Below, piece after piece: positions 10,888-24,238 of a stretch of DNA of 64,000 bases. The position numbers were made by a program, and so were the translations under genes. Position 1 is the stretch's first letter, and every line of letters begins with the position of its first letter. Under the pieces are notes generated by a model. The model made no database searches. It saw nothing but the letters and a program-made list of their open reading frames with translations, and was not told where the DNA came from. Origin of the DNA: Mustelus asterias (Eukaryota); contig NC_135817.1 of NCBI RefSeq assembly GCF_964213995.1, positions 70,928,001-70,992,000 of the forward strand, in the 5' to 3' direction.

Positions 10888-13800
10888 TATAGAACATAGA
10901 ACAGTACAGCACAGTACAGGCCCTTCGGCCCTCGATGTTGTGCTGAGTTTTGTCCGAAACCAAGATCAAGCTATCCCACTCCCTATCATTCTGGTGTGCT
11001 CCATGTGCCTATCCAATAACCGCTTGAAAGTTCCTAAAGTGTCCGACTCCTCTATCACAGCAGGCAGTCCATTCCACACCCCAACCACTCTCTGAGTAAA
11101 GAACCTACCTCGGACATCCCTCCTATATCTCCCACCATGAACCTTATAGTTATGCCCCCTAGTAACAGCTACATCCACCCGAGGAAATGGTCTCTGAATG
11201 TCCACTCTATCTATCCCCCTCATCATCTTATAAACCTCTGTTAAGTTGCCTCTCATCCTCCTCTGCTCTAAAGAGAAAAGCCCTAGCTCCCTCAACCTTT
11301 CCTCATAAGACCTACCCTCCAAACCAGGTAGCATCCTGGTAAATCTCCTCTGCACTCTCTCCAATGCTTCCACATCCTTCTTATAGTGAGGTGACCAGAA
11401 CTGCACACAGTATTCCAAATATGGTCTCACCAAGGTCCTGTACAGTTGCAGCATAACTCCATGGCTCTTAAACTCAAACCCCCTGTTAATAAACTCTAAC
11501 ACACTATAGGCCTTCTTCACGGCTCTATCCACTTGAGTGGCAACCTTCAGAGATCTGTCGATATGAACCCCAAGATCTCTCTGTTCCTCCACATTCCTCA
11601 GAACCCTGCTGTTGACCCTGTAATCCACATTCAAATTTGTCCTACCAAAATGAATCACCTCGCACTTATCAGGGTTAAACTCCATTTGCCATTTTTCAGC
11701 CCAGCTTTGCATCCTATCTATGTCTCTTTGCAGCCTACAACAGTGCTCCACCTCATCCACTACTCCACCAATCTTGGTGTCATCAGCAAATTTACTGACC
11801 CACCCTTCAGCCCCCTCCTCCAAGTCATTGATAAAAATCACAAATAGCAGAGGACCCAGCACTGATCCTTGTGGTAACTGGTCTCCAGTCTGAAAATTTT
11901 CCATCCACCACCACCCTCTGTCTTCTATGAGATAGCCAGTTACTTATCCAATTGGCCAAATTTCCCTCTATCCCACACCTCCTTACTTTCTTCATGAGCC
12001 AACCATGGAGAACCTTATCAAACGCCTTACTAAAATCCATGTATACGACATCAACTGCTCTACCTTCATCTACACACTTAGTTACCTCCTCAAAGAATTC
12101 AATCAAATTTGTGAGGCAAGACTTACCCTTCACGAATCCGTGTTGACTATCCCGGATTAAGCTGCAACTTTCCAAATGATCATAAATTTTATCCCTCAGG
12201 ACCTTTTCCATTTACTTACCGACCACCGAAGTAAGACTAACCGGCCTATAATTACCAGGGTCATTCCTATTTCCTTTCTTGAACAGAGGAACAACATTCG
12301 CCACTCTCCAGTCCTCTGGCACTATCCCCGTGGACAGTGAGGACCCAAAGATCAAAGCCTAAGGCTCTGCAATCTCATCCCTTGCCTCCCAAAGAATCCT
12401 AGGATATATCCCATCAGGCCCAGGGGACTTATCGACCCTCAGGTTTTTCAAAATTGCTAATACATCTTCCCTCAGAACATCTACCTCCTCCAGCCTATCA
12501 GTCTGTATCACACTCTCATCCTCAAAAACATGACCCCTCTCCTTGATGAACACTGAAGAAAAGTATTCATTCATCGCCTCTCCTATCTCTTCTGACTCCA
12601 TGCACAAGTTCCCACTACTATCCTTGACTGGCCCTAACCTCACCCTGGTCATTCTTTTATTTCTCACATAAGAGTGAAAAGCCTTGGGGTTTTCCTTGAT
12701 CCGACCCACCAAGGACTTCTCATGCCCCCTCCTAGCTCTCCTAAGCCCTTTTTTTAGCTCATTGCTTGCTACCTTGTAACCCTCAAGTGACCCAACTGAA
12801 CCTTGTTTTCTCATCCTTACATACGCTTCCTTTTTCCCCTTGACAAGACATTCAACCTCTTTTGTGAACCATGGTTCCCTCACTCGGCCATTTCCTCCCT
12901 GCCTACGGACATACCTATCAAGGACACGCAGTATTTGTTCCTTGAACAAGCTCCACTTTTCATTTGTGCCTTTCCCTGACAGTTTCTGTTCCCATCTTAT
13001 GCTCCCTAATTCTTGCCTAACCGCATCATAATTACCCCTCCCCCAATTGTAAACCTTGCCCTGCCGCACGGCCCTATCCCTCTCCATTGCAATAATGAAA
13101 GACACCGAATTGTGGTCACTATCTCCAAAGTGCTCTCCCACAAACAAATCTAATACTTGGCCCGGTTCATTACCCAGCACCAAGTCCAATGTGGCCCCAT
13201 CTCTTGTTGGCCTATCCACATATTGTGTCAGGAAACCCTCCTGCACACACTGTACAAAAACTGTCCCATCTGAACTATTCAAACTATAAAGGTTCCAATC
13301 AATATTTGGAAAGTTAAAGTCACCCATGACAACTACCTGTGACCTCCACACCTATCCATAATCTGCTTTGCAATTTCTTTCTCCACATCTCTATTACTAT
13401 TTGGGGGCCCATAGAAAACTCCTAACAACCTGATCGCTCCTTTCCTATTTCTAACTTCAGCCCATATTACCTCAGTAGGCAGATCACCCTCAAACTGCCT
13501 TTCTGCAGCTGTTAAACTATCCTTGATTAACAATGCTACTCCCCCACCTCTTTTACCACCTTCCCTACTCTTACTGAAACATCTATACCCCGGAACTTCC
13601 AACAACCATTCCTGTCCCTGTTCTAACAATGTCTCCGTAATGGCCACAACATTGTAGTCCCAAGTACCAATCCACGCTCCAAGTTCACCTACCTTATTCC
13701 GGATGCTCCTTGCATTGAAGTAGACACACTTCAACCCACCTTCCTGTCTGCCGGTACACTTCTGCGACCTTGATACCCTCCTCAGTACCTCACTACACTC

Positions 13801-14410
13801 AACACTGGCTTCTGGACTACAGCTCGTTTTTCCATCCCCCTTACAAATTAGTTTAAACCCCCCCGAAGAGCCGTAGCAAATTTCCCTCCCAGGATATTGG
13901 TGCCCCTTTGGTTCAGGTGCAAACCGTCCTGTTTGTACAGGTCCCACCTTCCCCAGAATGTGCTCCAATTATCCATGAAACTGAAACCCTCCCTCCTACA
14001 CCATCCCTGCAGCCACGTGTTTATCTGCACTCTCTCCCTGTTCCTCAACTCGCTAGCACGTTGCTCCGGCAACAAACCAGAGATTACAACATGGTTTGTC
14101 CTGGCTCTCAGCTTCCACCCTAACTCCCTAAATTCCTGTTTTAAATCCCCGTCCCTTCTCTTACCTATGTCGTTGGTACCGATATGTATCACGACTTGTG
14201 ACTGTTCCCCCTCCCCCTTAGGAATCCTGAAAACACGGTCCGAGACGTCATGGACCCTGGCACCCGGGAGGCAACATACCATCCGTGAGTCTCTTTCACT
14301 GTCACAGAACCTCCTATCTGTCCCTCTAACTATTGAATCTCCAATAACTATTGCTCTCCTGCTCTCCCCCCTTCCCTTCTGAGCCACAGGGACAGACTCA
14401 GTGCTCAGAA
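10888..14410 (-). mobile_element. CR1/HER1-type LINE, 5'-truncated and decayed (end of ORF1 plus frameshifted ORF2)
   Basis: ORF1 SGNH esterase (IGDSIVRG, HIGTND, DGLHL). ORF2 APE endonuclease (YFNARS, ITET, GDFN, SDH) and RT (DFSKAFD, PQGSVLGP, FADD) in four broken frames. TGTTCTA-type tail near 10888-10905. Confidence 0.95.
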
Positions 14411-15565
14411 GCTCAGTGCTTCTTCTCCGTTTGTCTTCTTTCTTCTGTTTCTTCTCCACCGTATCGGACCCCGGATAGGGGTCTTTTCTCCTGCTGGACC
14501 ATATCCAGCAGACTCCCCTGAGACTGCTAATTAGATAGTTACTGCACAGTCCACTCCACAAGCCTGCAGTTCTTGTCCAATTCTAGGTAAACAAGACTCC
14601 CCTGTGCATGACCGCACTTAATATTCCTCAGTGATAAGATGCAATTTCACCATTTCACATTTCAGACCGGTTTAAAGCACAACAGTTTTTCATGAATCTT
14701 TCGCTTTGCAGATCAACACACAGACAAAATGCATAATTCCTACACATTCCATGGTACTAACACCATAAACCAGCAGTGTAGCATGTCCGGCAGTGAGCCA
14801 TATCTGCCTCTGACTGTTACCATCCTATATGCTGCATCTTCTATGCCTTTGGCCTTGCAGGAGATGGCACAGTGCCACATAGCACTGAATAAAGTGAGCA
14901 AAACCCCTCCACTGTCTATGCCAGGTAGATGTGACAGTGTCTACAGATATGGTTGTGGGCATCTTTCTGGGTTCAGCGAACAAGGCTTTTGCATCAACCT
15001 GATATGACTTCTTTATCCAGAACCAATGAGATGTACAACATATTGTGATTGGAGTGCTTATGAAGAAATTATTGTTTAACATCTAATCTTGGATGAACAA
15101 TAATTTTGTTTGGAAAGACCAAAGACATTTTCAGTTGATTCCTGCCACAGCAAACTCCATACACTAATCCCAATATCCTCCTTCTACCCAGCCACTGTCC
15201 CAAATTAAACTGGTCTGTTCACAACCCTGCCATCTTATTACACTCTGAGATACGTTTCCTACATCTTCCCCAGCGCTAAAATTGTTGACGTCATCTCAAT
15301 AACATTTTCCAACTCCAAATCGATTTCAATTCTCTGACTGATAAAGCGTCATTCTTGCCTTTAACATTTCCAGACATGATTAGTCCAGTAGTTACCTGAC
15401 CAGCTCGTTATATTCCAAATTCCTCAAGCAGCAGCTCCACCAAAACTCAGATTCCTCCGACTGCTCCCCCACTCCTTCCCCCCACACCACCCCCCGCCGA
15501 TCCAAATTAGGCTCACACTGTTCACTGTTGTAAAGTTAAATTTCTAATTTCCCTATCTAAATTCT

Positions 15566-16525
15566 TCCTTGCTGTACGCTATCTCTATAATTCACCTTGC
15601 TGTACCCTATCTCTATAACTAAACTTGCTGTACCCTATCTCTATAACTCACCTTGCTTTACCCTATCTCTGTAACTCACCTTGCTGTACCCTATCTCTAT
15701 AACTCACCTTGCTGTACTCTATCTCTGTAACTCACCTTGCTGTACCCTATCTCTGTAACTCACCTTGCTGTACCCTATCTCTGTAACTCACCTTGCTGTA
15801 CCCTATCTCTATAACTCACCTTGCTGTACTCTATCTCTATAACTGACCTTGCTGTACCCTACCTCTGTAACTCACCTTGCTGTACCCTATCTCTATAACT
15901 CAACTTGCTGTACCCTATCTCTATAACTGACCTTGCTGTACCCTATCTCTATAACTCACCTTGCTTTACCCTATCTTTGTAACTCACCTTGCTGTACCCT
16001 ATCTCTTTAACTCACCTTGCTGCACCCTATCTCTGTAACTCACCTTGCTGTACCCTATCTCGATAACTGACCTTGCTGTACCCTATCTCTCTAACTCACC
16101 TTGCTGTACCCTATCTCTATAACTGACCTTGCTGTACCCTATCTCTATAACTCACCTTGCTTTACCCTATCTCTATAACCCACCTTGCTGAACCCTATCT
16201 CTATAACTGACCTTGCTGTACCCTATCTCTATAACTCACCTTGCTGTACCCTATCTTTGTAACTCACCTTGCTGTACCTTATCTCTATAACTCACCTTGC
16301 TGTACCTTATCTCTATAACTCACCTTGCTGAACCCTATCTCTATAACTCACCTTGCTGTACCCTATCTCTGTAACTCACCTTGCTGTACCCTATCTCTGT
16401 AACTCACCTTGCTGTACCCTATCTCTGTAATGTACCTTGCTGTACCCTATCACTGTAATGTACCTTGCTGTACCTTATCTCTATAACTCACCTTGCTGAA
16501 CCCTATCTCTATTACTCACCTTGCG
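15566..16525 (+). repeat. Minisatellite, 28-bp unit CACCTTGCTGTACCCTATCTCTATAACT, about 34 copies
   Basis: Directly visible tandem array with variant units (TATAA/TGTAA, CTCAC/CTGAC). Confidence 0.97.
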
Positions 16526-17395
16526 GAATCCTATCGCTAGAACTTCCTCCTACTCTACAAGCTCCGACTGATACCTCTGCCCTTTGATGGTTGTGCATCC
16601 ACAGCTATTTCCTTCATCTCACCATTCGAAGCTGAGTTTCAGCCATTCAGGCTCAACGCTCTGGAATTTCCTACCTGAATTCCATCATCTCTTCTTGTGG
16701 TCCAGCTTCTGATTAGGGTCCCTAACCTTTCCTTCTTTGTCTCAGTTGTTAATTAGATGCTGAATGCTTATTGAATGTTGTACAACTTACTTTTTTATGG
16801 ACGCACTTGTTTAGTCAATGATTTTTTTTTCAGAATTCTATTTGGTTTCATTGTTGTTTTCATTTATATTTGAAATGATAGAACATGTAAAAAAATCAAT
16901 TTACAACTTACTTTAATACTCTGAATTGGAAACAATAAGCATTATGCTTATTGCTAACTTTGGTAAATTTGCACTAAAGCCTCGGTCCTATTCTGCTCCA
17001 TTTTATTTCTGAACACACTAGTTTCATTGCTTGGAGTTCTAAAGGTCTAAGGTTGTTTCAAACTTTTGACTTTGGTGTGATTTAGTTAATCTTTAATCCA
17101 ACAACAGGAGAAGTTTATGAGTTTTTATCGGGCTGCTTTTTTCCAGGCCCCATGATGACGGTTGCCTTTCCACCAGCAGAGAAGGTTCTGGTGGGTGGGG
17201 ACCCTAATCAGCTGACAAGGCATGGGGAAAAGCAACCACTTAGGTTTATTACAGACCCAATTAATTCTGTTTTTTGCAAATGAGCTGCTATGTTACTGAT
17301 GGCGGAGCAGCGCCTCTGCCTTACACAGAGGTCCCATCTCCATGGAGACCACTTCCCTATGCCAGGCCAGAGGCTGTTGGAGCCTATGGCCGCAA

Positions 17396-17940
17396 AACAT
17401 AGAAACATGGAAAATAGGCACAGAGGTAGGCCATTCGGCCCTTTGAGCCTGCACCACCATTTAATATGATCGTGGCCGATCATGCACTTTCAGTATCCCA
17501 CTCCCGCTTTCTCTCCATACCCCTTGATCCCTTTAGCCGCAAAGGCCATGTCCAGCACCCTCTTGAACATATCTAATGAACTGGCCCCAACAGCTTCCTG
17601 TGGTAGAGAATTCCACAGGTTCACAACTTTGAGTGAAGAAGTTCTTCCTCGTCTCAGTCCTGAATGGCTTACCCTTTATTCTTAGTCTGCAACCCCTAGT
17701 TCTGGACTTCCCAAACATCAGGAACATTCTTCCCGCATCTAGCCTAACCAGTCCCATCAGGATTTTATATGTTTCTATGAGATCCCCTCTCATTTTTCTA
17801 AATTCCAGTGAGTACAAGCCCAGTCAATCCAGTCTCTCTTCATATGTCAGTCCTGCCATTCGGGAATCAATTCAGTGAATCTTTGCTGGACTCCCTCAAT
17901 AGTAAGAATGTCCTTCCTCAGACGAGGAGACCAAAACACA
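17396..17940 (-). mobile_element. CR1 3' fragment
   Basis: RMRGDLIETYKI-like motif and (TTTCTATG)-type tail. Confidence 0.85.
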
Positions 17941-18239
17941 ATACTGAGGTACCACCAGTAGGAAAGGCTGCATCCATGGTCCAAACAATCCATCCAGAGT
18001 GCAATGCCCTCTGCTATAGGGGGTTTAACTGCTTCACTGCTAATTAATTTATCATTAAATGCATTCCTCAATGAGCACCTTCAGGTGGAGGAACCCTCGT
18101 GACTCCCAACCTACTGAGTACAGAAAAGTTGCCAGCCTTTGATTGGGCTTTCCCATACAGAGACAACGCAGGGGTTTCATTGGGTCTCCAGCTAGCAGCT
18201 GAGACCCCCATCGTTGCCACAAGATTCCACCCCTAGCAT

Positions 18240-18670
18240 ACAGCATACTGCTTTGGCCTCCAAATTTAAGAAGAGTGATACTTGCATTGGAGGCAGTTCA
18301 GAGAAGAATCACTGGGCTGATTCCTGGGGTGAAAGGGTTGTCTTATGAAGTAAGGTTAAGCAGGTTGGACCCATACTCATTAGAATTTAGAAAAATGAGG
18401 GGTGATCTTAATGAAAGATAAAAGATTCTGAGGGGGCTTATCGAGTAGATGCTGAGATAACTTTCCCTTGTGGGGGAATCTAGAACAATAGGAGGTGGAT
18501 TCAAAATAAGGGGCCTTCCACTTAAGAAGGAAGTAAGGAGGGATTTCTTCCCTCAGAGAGTTGTGAGTCTTTGGAATACTCCATCCTTGGAGAGCAATGG
18601 AAGCTGGGTAATTTATTCAAGACTGAGTTAGGCAGATTTTTTTACCCAGAAGGGAGTCGCAAGTTATGAA
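18240..18670 (+). mobile_element. Degraded CR1 ORF2 fragment
   Basis: LEAVQRR...SYE...MRGDL-like decayed coding sequence. Confidence 0.7.
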
Positions 18671-18849
18671 CAGCCAGGTTGACCTACTGTCCTGTATTTT
18701 ACAGGATTGTCACGTACCTGAGCCCCTGTCCCATATCCTGGGCTGCACACATCCAGATGTTCATCGTTCATTAATTTGGATATTTAAATCTTCCTTATAC
18801 ACAGTAGTACTCACACTGCCTCTGTGCCCTCTGACAAACCTTCCAGAGA

Positions 18850-18946
18850 ACCCCCCCTCACTTCCTGCTCTCACAGCCCCCCCTCCCCCCCCACTTCCTG
18901 CTCTCACAGCACCCCCCCCCCCCCCCACTTCCTGCTCTCACAGCCC
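18850..18946 (+). repeat. Short tandem repeat (CACTTCCTGCTCTCACAGC + poly-C) x3
   Basis: Three visible units. Confidence 0.85.
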
Positions 18947-19027
18947 TGAACAGGACACTCCTCACCACACCCATCCCAACAATGTTCTCACAGATCTAGA
19001 AGCACCATATCCCACACCACTGCAAGT

Positions 19028-19335
19028 TTAAAGTTTATTTATTAGTGTCACAAGTAGGCTTACATTCACACTGCAATGAAGTTACTGTGAAAATCCCCTC
19101 ATCGCCACATTCCGGCGCCTGTTCAGGTACACTGAGGGAGAACTTAGCATGGCCAATGCACCCAACCAGCACGTCTGTCAGACTGTGGGAGGAAACAGAA
19201 GCACCCGGAGCAAACCCACGCAGACACGGGGAGAACGTGCAGATTCCGCACAGACAGTGACCTAAGCCGGGAATCAAATCTGGTTTCCTGGCACTGTGGG
19301 GCAGCAGTGCTAACCACTGTGCCACCATGCTGCCC
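19028..19335 (-). mobile_element. HE1-related SINE, alternative tail
   Basis: As 4560-4875, reversed. Confidence 0.88.
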
Positions 19336-19942
19336 CTTTGGGAATCCATTGCCCATGCCAGCATGCTCCTTAAAACTTCTCCGCAAGAGTTGATCACCCT
19401 GGAGCAGGCAAGAAAGTGGAGTTAAGGCTACAGTAAGATTAACCATAAGCTTATTGATTGGTGGAGCAGGCCAAGAGGCCCATTCACGCTCCTATTTCTT
19501 ATCTTCTTATTTTGGGTGGGATCTTGAGGCCGCACTCTTCTTCCACAAGATCGCTGGTAGGCGCTCAAGATTGGGCAAAAGCCAAGAATCCCCAATTTTG
19601 TTGGTGAGATCGCGATCACCAATTTGGGCTGTCCCTCACTGGCGATGTCATCATGTTCATGCTCATAATGGGTAAGAACCTAATTTGCATTCAGTTAAAT
19701 AAATTTAAATCTAATTGAAGACCCCCCTTGCCAGATTCCCCCCCCCCCCCCCAAGAGATTTTCACGTCATGTCGGTGAGGTTTAAAACAGGTTGACCCAG
19801 GCATGAACCTGCTGTGAAGATTCCACGGGGGTGCAAAGGTCAGTAGAGCACCCAGGGGAGAGGGACATAGCCAGGTAGTGCCAACTTCTGATAACATTCT
19901 GCCCATAATGTTAATATTGTTTTTTTCATTGATTTTTAAGGA

Positions 19943-20005
19943 ATGTGTTCGACTGTTCCGCTGAGAAATGAAATGAAGAATCTGCCTGAAGATATTTTTC
20001 GATGA
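19943..20005 (+). promoter_or_regulatory. Upstream ORF (20 codons) whose TGA overlaps the HHLA2 ATG (ATGA)
   Basis: ATG TGT TCG...TTT CGA TGA (MCSTVPLRNEMKNLPEDIFR*). There is also a mini-uORF ATG AAA TGA at 19968. Confidence 0.5.
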
Positions 20006-20086
20006 AATTGATTGAAGGAAGAACAAGAATGTTATGCCAAATTGTCGTGTTTTGTGCTTTTGGAATTTCCCATCTACTGAGCACAG
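20002..20086 (+). CDS. HHLA2: HHLA2 (B7-H7) signal-peptide exon; exon probably starts at 19941 with 5'UTR
   Basis: ATG 20002 (second ATG 20029): MKLIEGRTRMLCQIVVFCAFGISHLLST-G, with a hydrophobic core. Donor ACAG|gtaaca is phase 1 and matches the IgV exon. Acceptor ttttcattgatttttaAG at 19939-19940. Confidence 0.75.
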
Positions 20087-20214
20087 GTAACATTCCACTT
20101 TACTGATGTTTTATATTTGTATGTTGGCTTTAACTATAAAATAATTGAAGGTTAAATTAGCTATAAATCCTCCAAAACAAAGAGGAAGATAGCAAAATAA
20201 AGGATAAGTTAGCA

Positions 20215-20578
20215 AGATGAGGGAGTATTTAATGAATGGCAAGACTCTGGGAAGCTCAGAGGAATGGATGGTTCTTGGGCTACTTATTCACAGATCCCTG
20301 AAGGCTGCAGGGCATGTGAATAAGCTAGTTAAGAAGGCATATGGGACACTTGCTTTTATCAGTCTTGGCACAGAGTATAAGAGCAACGAGGTTATGTTGG
20401 AGTTGTACAGAGCATTGGTTAAGCCACAGCTGGAGTATTGTGTGTAGTTCTGGTCACCTCACCAAAAGGAAGGATGTGATTGCACTAGAGGGCATACAGA
20501 GGAAGTTCACCAGGTTGTTGCCTGAGATGGAACATTTGAGCTATAAGGAGAGACTAAATAGGCTTGGATTGTTTCTTT
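20215..20578 (+). mobile_element. Degraded CR1 ORF2 fragment
   Basis: VKKAYGTLAFI...LYRALVKPQLEYCV. Confidence 0.8.
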
Positions 20579-21865
20579 TAATAAGAAGTCTCACAACACC
20601 AGGTTAAAGTCCAAAAGGTTTATTTGGTATCGTGAGCTTTTGGAGTGCTGCACCTTCATCAGGTGAGTGGGTACTTTGCACTGGGGGGATGCCCCCAGCG
20701 CTGGGGGGATGCCCCCAGCGCTGGGGGGCTGCCACCTGGGCATTGCCAGCCTGGCAGTGTCAGTCTGGGCTCCCTAGCACCGCCCAAGGGACAAAGTGCC
20801 AAAGTCCAGGGGGCACCTTGGTACTGCCCATCGAGCATGGGGCAGTGCAAGGGGGTGGGGCCTATGCGGGTAGGGCCTATGGGGTGAGGATTGGTGGGGC
20901 GGGGCCTGGGAGGTCACGCTGCCACTCTGCAGACAGGATTGGTGGGGAAAGGAGGGAGGCCAGCGATCGGGGCAGGCTGGGGGGGAGGAGGAGGGGCGGT
21001 CAGGCTGCTGGGGGTTCGGGACTGCCGAATCGGGAGGGGGTGGGGGGGGAGAGGTGCTGGAGATCGGAGCAGGCTGAGTGGGGGGGTTCGAACTGGCCCA
21101 GGAATGGTTGGGGGGGGCCAATGATTGGGCTGTGGGGGGGGGGGGGGTTGAAGGGCCGGCATTGCGGCGGTCTTGCGGCTGGCACTGACAGGGTCAGTGC
21201 ACGCGCAGAGGCGTGTTCAGCGGTATGCTGCCGGCCTCTCAGGCTGGAATAGGCCCCACCCACTGATTATTCGCACAATTCACGCTAGTGCACTCTGCAG
21301 TGCACAGAGTGTGGGAGATTCGTCTCTGAACTCCCACTGAAAGAAACAACATGAATTACTCCAGTTTTCACCGAATTCAACACTTGAATTTATTTGGGGG
21401 AATCCCAGCCGCTGTTGAGGGACACTTTGGTGGAAGTGATGAAAGTTCACTAAGTTTTAGGATAGTTATGGAATATAAGTCCCAAACTGGGGAAAAGCTT
21501 AATTTATAAAGCTGAGACATGACTAGAAACAGTTATCTGAAGATAAGTCAATGCCAGGTCAGTGGGAAGCATTCTCCGTCTGCCCCCTTAAAGAAACAGG
21601 GTAAGACTATCAAATCCAGAGCCCATTAACCATTTTCTCAATTCTAAAAAATAATGTCCTACTTATATATGATTCTACCTAATACTTATATTCTATCTAA
21701 TTATTTGCATATATCCGTCATGGGTCTACACAGATCTGTGGAGAGAGAAGCAGTGTTGATATTTCTATTAACACATTAATGTTGCATAGCAACCTGTTCC
21801 ATCAGCCACTCACCCACAAAATAATGATCCATTCTGTGCTTAGTTGTTGCTGATGATCCTTCAGT

Positions 21866-22145
21866 AGGGCGGCACGGTGGCACAGTGGTCAGCACTGCTG
21901 CCTCACAGCTCCAGGGACCTGGGTTCGATTCCCAGCTGGGGTCACTGTCTGTGTGGAGTTTGCACACTCTCCCCGTGTCTGCATGGGTTTCCTCCGGGTG
22001 CTCCGGTTTCCTCCCACAGTCTGAAAGACGTGCTGGTTAGGGTGCATTGACCTGAACAGGTGCCAGAGTATGGCAACTGGGGGATTTTCACAGTAACTTC
22101 ATTGCAGTGTTAATGTAAGCATACTTGTGACTAATAAATAAACTT
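21866..22145 (+). mobile_element. HE1-related SINE, alternative tail
   Basis: GGGCGGCACGGTGGCACAGTGG head. Confidence 0.9.
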
Positions 22146-22243
22146 ATAGTTTACGATGAAGTAATATTGACTGCTATTTGGAAATTGGATCATAAATTTC
22201 ATGTACTTTTATTTTAACCTAATTCTGCTCTAATTCCTTTTAG

Positions 22244-22570
22244 GTGAGAGCATTATAGGCATCATTTCCAAGGACGTTGTTTTGCCGTGCAAATTTCAAC
22301 CAGCACCTTTGTCTGAGATAGTGCTTCACTGGATGCGCGATTTGCCTACAGGGACCATTGTGGTTCACAGCTTTTATCGAGGGACAAATCAGCTATCCAA
22401 GCAATATCAAAGCTACATTGGAAGGACAAAGATTTTTATCGATAAGATAATGAATGGCAATGCATCCCTTCAGCTTGCAGGAGTTAATATGGCTGATGAA
22501 GGACTGTACCAATGTTACATCAGTACGTCAGAAGGAAAACGTGAAATGGTTACCTTCCTACAAGTGGCTG
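22244..22570 (+). CDS. HHLA2: HHLA2 first IgV domain exon
   Basis: ttccttttAG|GT GAG...GCT G|gtcaga. GESIIGIISKDVVLPCKF...LHW...VVHSFY...GRT...GNASLQL...DEGLYQCY...FLQVA has B7-type V-set motifs. Confidence 0.9.
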
Positions 22571-24238
22571 GTCAGATATATGCCATTTTCCATTGAAATG
22601 TATTTTCTGTGAACTGGGTTTTGATTAGAAAGTAATAGAATGTGAAAACTCTCAAGGCGTGATTTTACAAAAGAAATTCTAACTGCCGAACGAACGTGAA
22701 AATGGGAGAGAATCGCACTGGTTTTTTGGGCGAGCTATGAGTCGCAAACCTATGGCACTTAGCGTAAAAAAGTGCCAGGGTGTGATTCTCGCCAGCAAGG
22801 GGGGAGTGGAGCCTTAGCTCACCGGGAAAGCCAGATGCTGAGCTCTTGGGGCGCCATTGTCCAGATCTTCCAGAGATCTCTCGCCGCCTTCCCCCACCTG
22901 CCCCATGGACATCGGGTACCGCCCCACGCCAATCGCCTCATGCCAGTCTATCTCCCAATAGATATCGGACGCTCCCCACCCACGCCTCCAATCATCCCCT
23001 ATGCCGGTCAAACCCCCTCACCCACCACACAGACATCGCCACCCATCCACGCCGATCGCCCCCATCTGCAAAGTTATCTCCCTCCCACTCTGATCGCCAC
23101 CCCGACACAGTTATGGTACCCGGTGGGCAGTGCCAGGCTGTCCAGTTGGCACTGCCAAGGTGCCAGGGTGCCAGGCAGGCACTTCCAGGCTGGCACTGTC
23201 CCATGGGCACTGCCCAGCCCTTCCCCTGACCACCCGGAGGGCTTCAATGGCCTCCAATTCTCCTGGTGTGGCCATCATGACTGGTCTCTGCTGGTGAAGT
23301 TCATCTGTGATTCTCGCTGGGGGGGGAGCCTCGAGCGGTGAGGTGGTTAAGCTGACTGAGTCCAGATGATAGCTAAGCTTGTCATTAACATTTAAATCGG
23401 CTTTGCACCATTTCTGGACGTGAGGCCAATTTCTCCAGCTAAACAGGGCCTGTGTGATGAGTGGAGAGAGAAACCAGATGCATTTCTCATTTTTTGCCTC
23501 TCTCCCGATCTTACCACCTCACCTCGCCAAAAGTCAGGCGGGACGAGATTGTAAGACCACGTCCTAAATCTTATTGAGGAGTCAAGGAACTACATTTATA
23601 ATATAATCTCAAAATAAAATAAGTTTTAAAAAATGTACATAGAAAGATAGGAACAGGAGAAGGTTGGTTAGTGCCTTTCATATCTGCTCTGTACCTCAAC
23701 TCCATCAATCTGCCTTTGACCCATATCCCAAAGATACCCTCACATACAGGAGGACAAACACTGAGATATAAAATTTCAAAGGATGCTGTTTCAATTCAGC
23801 ACCGACTGGGGTGAAACATCTCAAAGCAATTCATATCATTAATGGATGTGAAATTCAGGACATGGTCAAGGCTGTACTGACACACGGAGCTGACAACACA
23901 ATGCAAAACCTTAAAAGAATAAACCTGGGAACGAGTGAGAGGAAATCTAAAGTTTAAAGTTAAAGTTTATTTATTAGTCACAAGTAGGCTTACATTAACA
24001 CTGCAATGAAGTTGATAAATATAATATTATGATAAATATAATATTAAATCGTACATTAATACTTATTCAGAAGTGGGGGAATTTTAGCTTTGTGGAATAG
24101 TTTAAAATGTCTGATAGCGAATCAGCAGACAGTTTTACATTTCTTCTGCTTTTGATTGCCATTATTACATGTGCAGCTGAATAGTAATATCTCTGAGAAG
24201 CTAAGTTGTCTTAATAATGGATTCTTATTTCTTCTCAG

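Noticed and set aside
13848-14410. Host SGNH/GDSL esterase gene
   Set aside because: It is the ORF1 esterase domain of the CR1, directly upstream of ORF2.
15566-16525. CRISPR-like array
   Set aside because: Units are contiguous with no unique spacers, no cas genes are present, and the context is eukaryotic.
807-19940. IFT57 exons expected from human synteny
   Set aside because: No recognisable IFT57 peptide on either strand by eye; the gene may lie outside the window.
21866-21935. tRNA genes
   Set aside because: The A/B boxes are SINE heads that continue into the SINE core; no complete cloverleaf.
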